Source: Tubiluchus corallicola
Lineage: Eukaryota; Animalia; Priapulida
Assembly (NCBI GenBank): GCA_030141605.1
Contig: JAQGDQ010000739.1
Location: 84,504 to 103,807, forward strand
Direction of reading: 5' to 3'
DNA: 19,304 nucleotides
Each line of letters begins with the position of its first letter. The first letter of the stretch is position 1. Shown piece by piece: positions 1-10,731 of this stretch. The translations under genes and the position numbers were made by a program. The notes under the pieces were generated by a model, which saw only the letters and a list, made by a program, of their open reading frames with translations, searched no databases and was not told where the DNA came from.

Positions 1-170
1 ACATACATACATACATACATACATACATACATACATACATACATACATACATACATACATACATACATACATACATACATACATACATACATACATACAT
101 ACATACATACATACATACATACATACATACATACATACATACATACATACATACATACATACATACATAC
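1..170. repeat. (ACAT)n microsatellite
   Basis: Perfect tetranucleotide run from the first base of the window. Confidence 0.99.
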
Positions 171-1223
171 TATGTAATGATAATATCATTGAAAATGAGG
201 CCTGATGAGTGAGAATTTTTTTTTAAATACTAATCATTAAACTCTTCATTTAAATAACTAACAGGAAGATTTAATCATATTTGTTTATTATATAATATTA
301 ATATTTGGTAATATTAATATTGGTAACTGTTTTGTTCGTATGTAGTGTCACTTTATTTCGAAATTGAAATTGTATGTATGTCTAGTTTTTTCTTGTATGT
401 ATTTCTGTTTGTACTAATAAGTAAACATGAAATTTGAAATGTATTTCAATCTACAAGGCTGGAATATTCCCGGGGATCTGCTTGTTACGTGTTAGTTTAC
501 TAAGGTATCTCATGGGGTGCCCTTGTGCCTTAATGTGAAGTTTTGGAACTAATTGTATTACACGGAATTTATGAAATAAACATACATGTGCATCGCTTTG
601 GAAAAATAATCGAGGGTCTTTCTAATTTTTTACGCAAAGTCAAATTCCCCGAGGCAAAATTCAGTGGCCAAGCAGGGAGAACAACAGCAGAAGTACAACG
701 TATGATACGGCCTAGAAATAGAATCTATCCCCGAATGACTCGATAATCCGTTTTTTTGAAATACTAAACAGATATAACTAGATCAATGAGTAGTTTTTAT
801 TCAGGTTTTATGTATAAAAGCTATTTAAATGAAACCTACTCGTCGACCCCATCAGATCCTACTATTTAGTAAAAATAGAATTCTTACAGTAATTTAGAAA
901 TGACGGGAAGTATCCGTTAAGTCTTCTTGATTTAAGTGAGATTGTATATAACAGGGAAAAAATCAAATAAAGAATTCCATAGATAAGAGGCTTAAGGAAA
1001 TAAACTAGATTTGTGAATATATGAATGTCCGGGGTCAGAAATGAAAAGCTATAGCACTTCGAACAAACTACCATCACTTACCAAAGGTCCTGAGTGCATT
1101 TTCCATTAATCGTAGTAACAAAAGTGAGTTAACGAAGCCATAGACCTCTGAAAAGCAAGAGATCGCAAATTGGGTCAACCTGTCCAGTTTGGAGACATAC
1201 TTTTGCAGTCTGTCAAGCAGGTT

Positions 1224-1226
<3 letters not shown>

Positions 1227-1259
<33 letters not shown>

Positions 1260-1278
1260 ACATACATATATATATATA
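1227..1278. repeat. (TA)n microsatellite, interrupted
   Basis: Direct reading. Confidence 0.95.
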
Positions 1279-1297
1279 AGTTATAAGTTTATATAAG

Positions 1298-1486
1298 TTT
1301 ATTTATTTCCACTCTGCATCTAACAGTTATAATAAAAATACAGATAATACAGTAAATATAAATATAAATGCAATATTATCCAGAAATTACAAAAGAGATT
1401 CTTATGCAGCATATACATTACATTACAGAGTAATTTTGATGCATACAGTTTGAGCCTAAAAGCATAGCTTGACAGGCCAAACTGTA
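1298..1486 (-). mobile_element. Probable 3' end fragment of an L2/CR1-type LINE
   Basis: On the - strand a stem-loop (1444-1486, tacagtttgagcct...aggccaaactgta) is followed by T-rich sequence and AATAAATAAA; this layout is typical of LINE 3' UTRs. No coding sequence to confirm. Confidence 0.35.
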
Positions 1487-2056
1487 CGTGGAAATCTTAA
1501 AGAAGTGATTAATAATTGAAATAATGATAATATATACATAAAAGTGGGGGGGGGGAGTAGTGAATGAAAGATGAAATGGAGCGAGAACTAAGAAAAACTG
1601 TGATCATGATTATAAAGTGTTCAGTAACCTGTTGAGCATAGTCACGTTTTATGAAGATTACTGTGGAAAAAGAATGCAGGTGATTACCATTATCAAACTG
1701 CGTTACTCTCACTACTTTTGAAATATTTCTTTTCTGACGGTTTTTCTAAAGTTGAAAGGGAGTGACTACACTTTGAATTGCGGCTTAGTCTATTCTATAG
1801 GACTGGTCCCACATAGCTAATGAAATGTTTCACCATATTTGTTCTACAACGTCTTGGTATATATTCATTAAGTCTGGTATTGTATCTTTTTACATTTATC
1901 TTGACTGTAACAAACCGAGTTGCCAGTTCCGGTGTTTCTGTAACACTCCATGCAAAATCAAAGCCTTCATTGTAGTTTTGAAGTTTTTACTGTGCAAGCC
2001 TGTCTGCTACAATCTTCGTGAGAATGCCTTTGCTCAGGTGTCGTTTGTTATTACAG

Positions 2057-2122
2057 GTAGATCAGTCTGGATTGGGATTACCTGATCGAAAATTCTACCT
2101 CAACAAGACAGAGAATGCAGAG
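2057..2122 (+). CDS. ECE1: M13 metallopeptidase (endothelin-converting enzyme/neprilysin-like), internal exon 1 of 5 in window
   Basis: Acceptor ttattacag|GTA and donor GAG|gtaaga; 66 nt, phase 0/0; encodes [22 protein letters not shown], close to the recalled ECE-1 segment [22 protein letters not shown]. Not in the ORF track. Symbol means ECE1-like; orthology not established. Confidence 0.93.
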
Positions 2123-2432
2123 GTAAGAGAAGCCTAAACTACACTTGTTGTGTCTTCAGTATTACATCCCTAGAGAGGACGCTTGATCTGCTGCTGCCGA
2201 TGCCAAGAGACATCGTTAATGATAAAACTGTGTAAACCCGTGTGTAAGCACCGATAAGCATCAGCTGCGAACAGAATGTGCTAGGATTACCTTGAGGCGC
2301 TTCTGACAAGTTTGTTGAGTACTAATGTTGACAGGTGGCGACACAATCTCTCATCTTGTTAGCGATGATCAGGCTCCACAATACAATGTATGACTTTGAT
2401 ATCAGGTGCTTACGTTGGAACTAAATAAATTA

Positions 2433-3179
2433 CTATAGGTTTTACATGTCAAATGTAGAACTGCGTTAACTCAAATGTAGATTTAGGTAATTCAAATGTG
2501 TCTTGGTAACTCAAATGTAGATTTAGGTAGTTCAAATGTGTTAACAATGGTTTTCAACAAATCTTAAGCGTTTTTGGTATATCAAATGTGACATTGGTAT
2601 CTCAAATGTGGACAGGTGTTAAAGTTTAAGGATGTTAAATTTAATCTTCTATAATTTCAATTTAATAATTGCTCCTAAGTTAAAATAACAACGTTATAGG
2701 TCTACTAATAGATGCACTATCTTTCGTTTATCTTTTTCTAATTTGCACTTAAATAACTTAATTACCGATTTATTCAAAGTAATGCATCTACATTTGACTT
2801 ACCTAAGTCACATTTGAACTTTCCTGTGTCTACATTTGACTTACCTAAATCACATTTCAGTTACCAAAACACATTCGAAATTCCTATGTCTACATTTGAC
2901 TTACCTAAGTCACATTTGAGTTACCAAAACACATTCGAAATTCCTATGTCTACATTTGACTTACCTAAGTCACATTTGAACTTTCCTGTGTCTACATTTG
3001 ACTTACCTAAATCACATTTCAGTTACCAAAACACATTCGAAATTCCTATGTCTACATTTGACTTACCTAAGTCACATTTGAGTTACCAAAACACATTCGA
3101 AATTCCTATGTCTACATTTGACTTACCTAAGTCACATTTGAACTTTCCTGTGTCTACATTTGACGTGTAAAACCTATAA
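2433..3179. mobile_element. Non-autonomous DNA transposon (MITE/foldback-like) with repetitive subterminal arms
   Basis: TIR tataggttttacatgtcaaatgtaga (2434-2459) vs tctacatttgacgtgtaaaacctata (3153-3178), 25/26 match; TA on both flanks (2431-2432, 3180-3181); TCAAATGT repeated in the left arm and ACATTTGA in the right arm. Confidence 0.8.
2787..3164. repeat. Higher-order tandem array: 42-60-60-42-60-60-42 bp units (162 bp period)
   Basis: Units beginning tctacatttgacttacctaa at 2787, 2829, 2889, 2949, 2991, 3051, 3111; the last start at 3153 is the TIR. Confidence 0.93.
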
Positions 3180-3311
3180 TACTGTGGGAGCTGAGAGACA
3201 TCTCGCATACAAACAGTTTGGGCGCTGAAATGCATTAGCAGTCTGTTGGAGACCATTTTTGTCGTTCTTAAATTTTTTTTATTGGAGCTGTTTTTAAAGT
3301 AATTCCATTTC

Positions 3312-3583
3312 GATGATGATGATGATGATGATTTAAAATCAGCTTTTTTTTGGGGTCAACAAATAACATTAGCTCAAAGAGCTATTATCGCCGACTATAA
3401 ATAACAACCTACAACTACATAACAGAGACTATTATTACCCCACTTTTCCCCTAAATACAACGCGTCAGGCAGGGCAAAGCAGGTACAATTTTAAAGTCTT
3501 TGGTATGACCCGCTCGCTGGTTCGAACTCACGACCTCCCAGACGGAAAGCAGACGCATTACCACTAGACTAAACCGTCTGGTC
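3312..3583 (-). mobile_element. tRNA-derived SINE (probable MetaSINE-type core), (ATC)n tail
   Basis: - strand reads GACCAGACGGTTTAGTCTAGTGG (Pol III A-box-like) ... GAGTTCGAACC (B box), then CGGGTCATACCAAAGACTTTAAAATTGTACC, body and (ATC)n tail; a second diverged copy lies at 4011. Confidence 0.85.
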
Positions 3584-3628
3584 TACATCTCAGCACATTT
3601 TTTGAGCAAATCAATAAAACTTTGATCA

Positions 3629-3829
3629 TCCTTACTGAAGGGCCTTCACTCCTTTCTGAATAAAGGTCAGTGGCTCTTAAGTCGTTTTCGGGGGTACTTT
3701 AGGGATGCCCCTATATAATGCACCAATTTGAAAACGTAAAAGTGACTAATATGTGATCTACAGGGTCATATTCATCGTTTAAGAACCCTTGATCTTTATT
3801 CAATAAGGACAAAGACCCTTCAGTAAGGA
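3629..3829. mobile_element. Degenerate ~200 bp MITE-like element with ~55 bp imperfect inverted ends
   Basis: tccttactgaagggccttcactcctttctgaataaaggtca... is an imperfect reverse complement of ...tgatctttattcaataaggacaaagacccttcagtaagga; outer 14 bp perfect; no TSD seen. Confidence 0.6.
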
Positions 3830-4010
3830 AGATAGTAAGTGGCTGTATGGAGTGCACCTCAATTTCAACGTAGATTATCTCCGCATAGAAATAACATAGG
3901 GCAATGAACTTGGTATCAAAATGATCCTCATGAAATGGAGATTCGGGATATGTGAATAACTAGAAAAGCTTAATTGCACACTTATGGACGATTTTGCTAT
4001 GCAAGCACAC

Positions 4011-4260
4011 ACGGTTTAGTCTGGTGGTAATGCGTCTGCTTTCCATCTGGGAGGTCGTGAGTTCGAACCAGCAGCCGGGTAATACCAAAGACTTTAAAAT
4101 GGTACCTGCTGTTGCCCTGCCTGACGCGTGGTATTTAGGGTAAAAGTGGGGTAATAATAGTCTCTGTTATGTAGTTGTAGATTGTTATTTACAGTTGGCG
4201 ATAATAGCTCTTTGAGCTAATGTTAATTGTTGACCCAAAAGCCGACTTTAAATAAAGATT

Positions 4261-4300
<40 letters not shown>
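4011..4300 (+). mobile_element. tRNA-derived SINE, second copy, (ATT)n tail
   Basis: ACGGTTTAGTCTGGTGG A-box-like, GAGTTCGAACC B box, GGGTAATACCAAAGACTTTAAAATGGTACC core; aligns along its length with the reverse complement of 3332-3577. Confidence 0.85.
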
Positions 4301-4301
<1 letters not shown>

Positions 4302-4369
4302 CATCATCGTCGTCGTCGTCCTCCTCCTCCTCCTCGTCGTCGTCGTCGTCGTCGTCATCATCATCATCA
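4259..4369. repeat. Compound trinucleotide microsatellite (ATT)-(ATC)-(GTC)-(CTC)-(GTC)-(ATC)
   Basis: Direct reading; grows out of the SINE tail. Confidence 0.95.
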
Positions 4370-4376
4370 ATATTAA

Positions 4377-4790
4377 TTCTGCTGGTATATATTTATTTAT
4401 ATATGTAAGATTCGAGGCTACAGCTCTGACGACGGCACCATTTGTGGCGATCTATACGTCAAACAAAAGGTCTCGATCTAGCGTCGTGCCATTGATGGTT
4501 TATTTTTCGAATCGGGCCCACCGGGACGAATGGGGGGGGCGAGCGAAAAAACCTCCAAAAATGGCCATTTTTAAGCCGTTTCTTTGCAAAACTTATACCT
4601 CGTATTTCTAGAGAACGGGAACGAGCCGGGGGTGGTGCCAGCCATGGATAGATAGCCAGCCCGTTTAGCGGTTTAGGCATATTTAAAATTTGCGAGAGGG
4701 CCACGGCGTCCCGTAACGGGCGTTTTCCCGGACCCGACTTGCGATCTTTTCGAAATTTTGACCAAACAACCTGCAGAAAAAACGTTCTAG
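4377..4790 (+). mobile_element. Possible non-autonomous Helitron/Helentron-type (HINE/DINE-like) element
   Basis: GC-richer island between ATT-type microsatellites; short subterminal inverted repeat ttctgctggt (4377-4386)/acctgcagaa (4769-4778), TA-rich tract after the 5' repeat, 3' end CTAG followed by TT. The expected 3' hairpin is weak. Confidence 0.45.
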
Positions 4791-4792
4791 TT

Positions 4793-4892
4793 GTTATTAT
4801 TATTATTATTATTATTAATATTATTATTATTATTATTATTATTGTTATTATTATTATTATTATTATTAATATTATTATTATTATTATTATTA

Positions 4893-4955
<63 letters not shown>
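4793..4955. repeat. (ATT)n microsatellite with 51 bp secondary period
   Basis: G interruptions recur at 4793, 4844 and 4895. Confidence 0.95.
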
Positions 4956-4958
<3 letters not shown>

Positions 4959-5104
4959 AATGTTCTTCTTGATGTTGTTCTTGAATCGAGTGAAATTGTT
5001 ACTTTCTTTTAGTGAATTCTGCACATAAAAGTCCATGGAAGTATAACTTACACAGTTATAAGCCTCTCAGTTCTTTTGATTATAATTTGCTCAAACTTTT
5101 GCAG

Positions 5105-5221
5105 ATCTTGGACGCATACTTGGACTACATGATAACACTCTGCACGCTCCTCGGAGCCGACGCCAACGACACCAGGACGCAGATGGAAGCAGTGTTGGAC
5201 CTAGAGACTCGGATAGCTGAG
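5105..5221 (+). CDS. ECE1: ECE/neprilysin-like M13 peptidase, internal exon 2 of 5
   Basis: ttttgcag|ATC ... GAG|gtaagt; 117 nt, phase 0/0; ILDAYLDYMITLCTLLGADANDTRTQMEAVLDLETRIAE fits the M13 pattern Y..YM.....LLG......M..V..LE..IA; lies inside ORF 5012..5239. Confidence 0.95.
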
Positions 5222-5551
5222 GTAAGTAAGACTTCGTAATTCTACTACCCTCTTCACGCTGGCATTCAAAAATTCAAAATTCAAAATACTTTATTTATTT
5301 AACATATATCATAATCACATTAATTAACACGCAATTTTAAAACACTGGACTGCCGTCCGCTCATAACGGAGGCAGGACGGATGGCACCGCGGCCCGCACC
5401 GTGCGGCATGTCTTAATTATGTCATTCAACGCTTCACCCATGAACAAAGATTGAATAATAGAGTCAGTCGAAATGACAATTTATTATTGAATTTTACACT
5501 TTCAATAAGGAACGACCACCTTACCTACAGGAGCAGAGTTTGCGAGAAAAG

Positions 5552-6255
5552 CCTGAGAAATGTGAACAGAGCTGCACATGCTACGAAAGACACGACCACT
5601 GACAAGGGTCTACAGCAGACCTTCCCTTTTTATAAGCTCAGGTGTGCACGTGACTAGTGGCTTTTACTAACACAAGGTCAGAACATACGAGTCTGTGCTA
5701 GATAAAGCCACGCTCACATGCACACCAGAGAAATGTGAACAGAACTGCACATGCTACGAAAGACACGACCACTGACAAGGGTCTACAGCAGACCTTCCCT
5801 TTTTATAAGCTCAGGTGTGCACGTGACTAGTGGCTTTTACTAACAGAAGTTGAGAATACGAGTCTGTGCTAGATAAAGCCACGCTCACATGCACACCCGA
5901 GAAATGTGAACAGAACTGCACACGCTACGAAAGACACGACCACTGACAAGGGTCTACAGCAGACCTTCCCTTTTTATAAGCTCAGGTGTGCACGTGACTA
6001 GTGGCTTTTACTAACACAAGGTCAGAATATACGAGTCTGTGCTAGATAAAGCCACGCTCACATGCACACCAGAGAAATGTGAACAGAACTGCACATGCTA
6101 CGAAAGACACGACCACTGACAAGGGTCTACAGCAAACCTTCCCGTTTTATAAGCTCATGTGTGCACGTGACTAGTGGCTTTTACTAACAGAAGTTGAGAA
6201 TACGAGTCTGTGCTAGATAAAGCCACGTTTACATGTTTACATACACACCTGAGAA
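5552..6255. repeat. Tandem repeat, 4 x ~172 bp in A-B-A-B order, with an internal ~94 bp hairpin per unit
   Basis: gagaaatgtgaacaga starts at 5555, 5728, 5899, 6072; units 1 and 3 carry acaaggtcagaa(c/t)atacg, units 2 and 4 carry agaagttgagaatacg. Confidence 0.95.
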
Positions 6256-6380
6256 GTCTACTGTATTCCCCTGCAGGATTACATTTCATTTCATCACAGC
6301 CCTGTAGTACAATACACTATATGATCAGTAAAGTAGAAAAAATAATTATGTGAAAATGATCGCTGCTATTAAAAAAAAGA

Positions 6381-6690
6381 GTGGAGCCCCGAAGGCGGAC
6401 CAATCCAGCATGCTCACCGACTCCGGCAGCTCCTGCAGCCAACCTGGTGCCAAACTTATCGCTCCGCTTTCCTTTGGACTACACCAGGGAGGAAGAGAGG
6501 GGGTTCCTGTTGTCTGGGCAACTCAGGATCTCCATACACCTTGCCCAGGCGTGTGCCATGGAGAGGTTCAAGGATCGCACTGCTCAGCCACAGTCGACGC
6601 TGCAACTCCATCAATGTGATCAATAACTGACTCTCTTGGCGCACACTCCATTGTCTTCCGAGACAGAAGGATGCCAACAACAACAACAAA
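6381..6690 (+). mobile_element. Short RTE-clade non-LTR retroelement derivative (310 bp)
   Basis: 6568-6630 encodes SRIALLSHSRRCNSINVINN*, like the RTE ORF C-terminus (SRIGLxSHxRxC); then a short 3' UTR ccattgtcttccgagacagaaggatgc and a (CAA)n tail; candidate TSD attaaaaaaaaga (6368-6380)/attaagaaaaata (6691-6703), 11/13. Confidence 0.7.
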
Positions 6691-7036
6691 ATTAAGAAAA
6701 ATAATGAAGGGAGACCTAAGAAGCCTTGGCTTATGGTAGGCCACCTATAAGTGTTTTTATAATAATTTTATGAAGCAGTATATTTTAGTTGTTAGTCGTT
6801 AGTGATTTTGTATACTATTATTCTAAGACTAAAAACTACTGCTTGTTCCAAGGAAACATTACACTGTTGTGACCAAAGTTCTTATTTTAGAGTTATCTAG
6901 TTGCAAAAAAGAGATTTAGAATCAACTTTTTATATTTTGATATAAAGATTAATATAGATGGTTTATTAAGAAGTGCTTAAAAATGATATTTTATATACCT
7001 CGAAGTTTTTTAAGCAGAGGTTTGCTTTTGCATATA

Positions 7037-7474
7037 CCGTATTTTCCCGTGTATAAGAGACCCCTTCAATTTTTAGGCAAAAATTCTGGAAAAAAGTTTT
7101 TTCAGACGGACATTTTTAGAGGGTAAAGTACAACTTTTTTCAACTCAGTGCGGTACTAAAAACAAAATAAAACCAGTTAATGTGTTGTAGAAAAAGAGTA
7201 CTGGTATATATTAAAGTGCGTACCTGCAAACCTGTAACAGGAAAAGAGAAAACGAGGAGATAATGCCTGTGTCACGATGCTTGTATTGCTTACAACCGCT
7301 TCATAGTCGAACGCGACACGCAAAACAGTTGTAGAGCACTTATTTCTTTAAAATCATTAGTGTCACAATTTATGCATCTTATTGAAAAGACTTACTCCCA
7401 TGTATAAGAGACCCCCTATTTTTAAAGTGAAAATTCTGAGCAAAAAAGGGTCTCTTATACACGGGAAAATACGG
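7037..7474. mobile_element. Tc1/mariner-superfamily (Tc2/pogo-like) MITE, 438 bp
   Basis: Perfect 27 bp TIR ccgtattttcccgtgtataagagaccc / gggtctcttatacacgggaaaatacgg with TA TSD (7035-7036, 7475-7476); extra internal copy of tgtataagagacccc at 7401-7415; no transposase ORF. Confidence 0.92.
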
Positions 7475-7755
7475 TAATTCTTGTTATTCTTAATTGCATC
7501 CTTTTCAGAGTTTGCAAATGTAAACCAGTTTTCCAGATGGAACAATTTCTTATTCTTAAAAAATTGTTTTATTGTCAATCGCTGCTCTCTTCTATTGACA
7601 ATAACGTGATTCTGCAACTGCATTAAGTGTCTTTTGACGAAATGAACATTTTCTCTGTCTTGGATGAATAGAAAATTAGCAAAAATGCTCAACCGATGGC
7701 TGTGTTTCGCAGAAATATGAATGCACCATCTCCCCCGGAGTGGAACGTTGACAAT

Positions 7756-7883
7756 TTCAATTCAATTCAATTCAATTTTATTTTCTCAACAGCAGTTAAA
7801 ATTCGTCATGATTATTTTTACATTTCATTGCAACTGAGAAGGAGCAGCGAAAGAACTATTGGTCACTTGGTCAGCTGCCCCTT
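7756..7883 (-). mobile_element. Probable LINE (L2/CR1-type) 3' terminus
   Basis: - strand: stem-loop aaggggcagc...gctgctcctt (7839-7883), then AATAAA and a (TTGAA)4 tail. Extent toward the element 5' side is unclear. Confidence 0.45.
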
Positions 7884-8476
7884 ATTAAAAATACAAGTTT
7901 ACTCACAGGCTCATGACATTTTTTAGGTGTTTGTGTATATATAAAAGGCAAAAGCAACAAAAATCAACTCAAAGCAGAAATGCAGTTCAAAGCATAACAA
8001 GGAATAACATCAAGCAAAAAATTAATGAAATTCAATGTAGAGCAAAAAATAACATCAAACAAAGCAACAAAAATCTACTCAAAGTGACAAAATCAACCAG
8101 AAAAGGGAATATTAAAATAATCGTAGCCACTTTCTGTTATTTTATGCTATGGTATCGATTTTCTTACATAATTGAAGAGAAACATTCGTCCCTGCATTCT
8201 GTGAATTTGTGTAATCTTAATATTTTATTGATTTTTCATTAACGCCAGCTTGTGTTCTTGTGCGGTTTGCCTTTGTCTTAATGGCTGCCAAAAACCACAA
8301 AAAACCACGAGTTTTACTGGAGTTTTTTTTTTGTAAACTTTCCTACAATAATATGACATCTGTTGATCAGTACTAAATTTCCTATGAACATCTTATTTTG
8401 CGTTAAGTCATCGGCAAATACCCGATAATAAATCTGGTATTCAAAAGAGTACAGCAGTGGTTTCTTTTTCTGCCAG

Positions 8477-8563
8477 GTAACGATACCTGTAGACCAGCGA
8501 AGAGACGAGGAAAAGATGTACAACAAGATGACGTTGGCCGAGCTCAACAAATTAGCACCATTT
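8477..8563 (+). CDS. ECE1: ECE/neprilysin-like M13 peptidase, internal exon 3 of 5
   Basis: tttctttttctgccag|GTA ... TTT|gtaagt; 87 nt, phase 0/0; [29 protein letters not shown] resembles recalled ECE-1 [29 protein letters not shown]. Confidence 0.95.
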
Positions 8564-8623
8564 GTAAGTAGAAATTACTGAATTTCGGTTCGAATTGAGT
8601 TTTGCATTTTTGATTGTACAGTA

Positions 8624-8955
8624 GAGTCAACCCTCGTTAAACCGGACTAATTGGGGGGTGGGTGGGTGGTCCGGTTTAGCCGATTATCCGATTTATCCGA
8701 TATGTCTATATATGGTCTATATTATACAGGAATAGTCACCTTAATATGGCCTATATACATTGCACTAGATACTATACTGTATATTACTTTAAAATAGTTA
8801 ACCTGTGTGGATAAAGAAATTATTGTACAGTTGGTAGGCCGTGTTGTGTTCAGCGCTCCGGCTCGGGCGGAAATCGGCCAGTTTCCTTTACCACGGATGA
8901 CGTCCGTCTTATCCGATATCCGGCTAACGGGGTCCGGTTTAACGAGGGTCGACTG
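8624..8955. mobile_element. pogo/Tigger-like MITE, 332 bp
   Basis: TIR gagtcaaccctcgttaaaccggac vs gtccggtttaacgagggtcgactg (22/24), TA on both sides (8622-8623, 8956-8957); repeated tccg..tta subterminal motifs; starts 60 bp after exon 3. Confidence 0.88.
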
Positions 8956-9286
8956 TATATTGGTGGATTGTTGTCTGTTGATGAACTTTTTCACTGGCAG
9001 TAAAATATTTTGATTTCAGTCAATAAATTCACTTTTAAACTATAAATCGGTTTGGTTGATTAACCGTCCCTTTTGTTGCCTCAGTTTAATCTGTCTCTGT
9101 GGGTCTGGTGAAAAACCACGTAACATATATATACCTATATATGTGTATATACCTATGTTGGGTCAAATCATTAGTATGATCTGGAAATCATTACCCGAGC
9201 TCTGCCCGCTGATAAAACCATCGGGTATGTAATTCCAACATGAGTTTGTAATTCTCATGTTGGAAATTTGATTTTCAGAAATAAAA

Positions 9287-9783
<497 letters not shown>

Positions 9784-10020
9784 AGAAGGATATTTTAAGA
9801 GTGTCCCATATTTCCAATTTTCTAATCTGGCAACCCTACCCACTGGCCCGCGATGGCACGTTACGTGACCTCCGACTGACAATTGACCACGACCTGGACA
9901 GGACCTAACCCCGACTGGTACGAAGTTTTGCCCTAAAATGCCTATAATTTCCTTATAACCTCTTTCTGCACATGATTTTGTCTTTGCACAAACAGCAGTA
10001 TAGGTTTTTACTATTTCTAG

Positions 10021-10169
10021 GTGGATTGGGTGGCCACGATTAACAGCGCATTTGACATGGTGTCAAAACGCCTGCCTGGCAGCACTCCTATTGTGGTCTA
10101 CGCGCCAGATTATCTTACCAACATTTCTGCTGTAATCTTTGAGTACTTCAAGACAGAGGAGAACAAAAC
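10021..10169 (+). CDS. ECE1: ECE/neprilysin-like M13 peptidase, internal exon 4 of 5
   Basis: tatttctag|GTG ... AAA AC|gtgagt; 149 nt, phase 0/2; VDWVATINSAFDMVSKRLPGSTPIVVYAPDYLTNISAVIFEYFKTEENK(T) has the M13 motifs xDW and PIVVYxxxYL; phase joins correctly to the next exon. Confidence 0.93.
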
Positions 10170-10731
10170 GTGAGTTGTTCACATTGCGCCGTAGTTGAGT
10201 TTTTTGAAATGGCGTGTGTCGTATGAAGCTCACGATTTCTTTATCTTATTTTTATTAGTTCTTAATTATGATCATTAGTCATACTATTCCGTTCTCTTGT
10301 TAAAACATTAAAAATCCCACACAAGAAATTTCAGCTATAAAATAAGTCTATTTCTTTTTATACACAGTCTAAACTTTCATCCTTGAACTAGTATGCATAA
10401 CATTTACCTTCATTGAATTGCTGGCTTCCTTGCTTCATGGAAAAACTTACCTGGTCAATTGGTTTTCAGAGATCATTGAGTAAGCATGTGACTTAAACTG
10501 AGAGAGCAACGTATAGTGTTGTTAATGAGTTATAAAAATAAAGCTCACCTGTATTCTACTTGAATTCTACCTGTATTCCAGTGTCTTAGCAATTACCTTC
10601 AGAACTTCATAGCGTGCAGCGAATAAAGTTAAAATGACGAGTGTTTTGTGCCGTACCATGAACTTGTTGTCTGAGAGGAAAGAGTTTTAAAATACGGCAT
10701 TTGTCGGTGAACAGCCGTGCATCTTTTACAT

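Noticed and set aside
2814-3170. 118 aa repetitive ORF (STFDLPKSH...)
   Set aside because: It is the translation of 42/60 bp tandem units inside a TIR element; non-ATG start and no recognisable domain.
4011-4085. tRNA gene (also 3510-3583 on the - strand)
   Set aside because: A and B boxes are present, but similarity between the copies continues ~180 bp into a body and simple-repeat tail, so these are SINE heads; I could not build a clean cloverleaf.
4739-5012. Poly-I and poly-L ORFs
   Set aside because: Translations of the (ATT)n microsatellite.
5552-6255. Retrozyme (hammerhead ribozyme tandem repeat)
   Set aside because: ctgacaag plus a small stem resembles the core, but CUGANGA is not matched and no GAAA follows the stem; no core seen on the other strand.
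9233-9265. 12 bp perfect hairpin ttccaacatgag...ctcatgttggaa
   Set aside because: Real but isolated; no element boundaries or function could be assigned, and a bacterial-type terminator is irrelevant here.
9826-9838. hAT-like terminus tctggcaacccta (mirror tagggttgccaga at 19209) as ends of a transposon spanning the palindrome
   Set aside because: The two copies face outward and exist only because of the duplication; no independent partner end was found.
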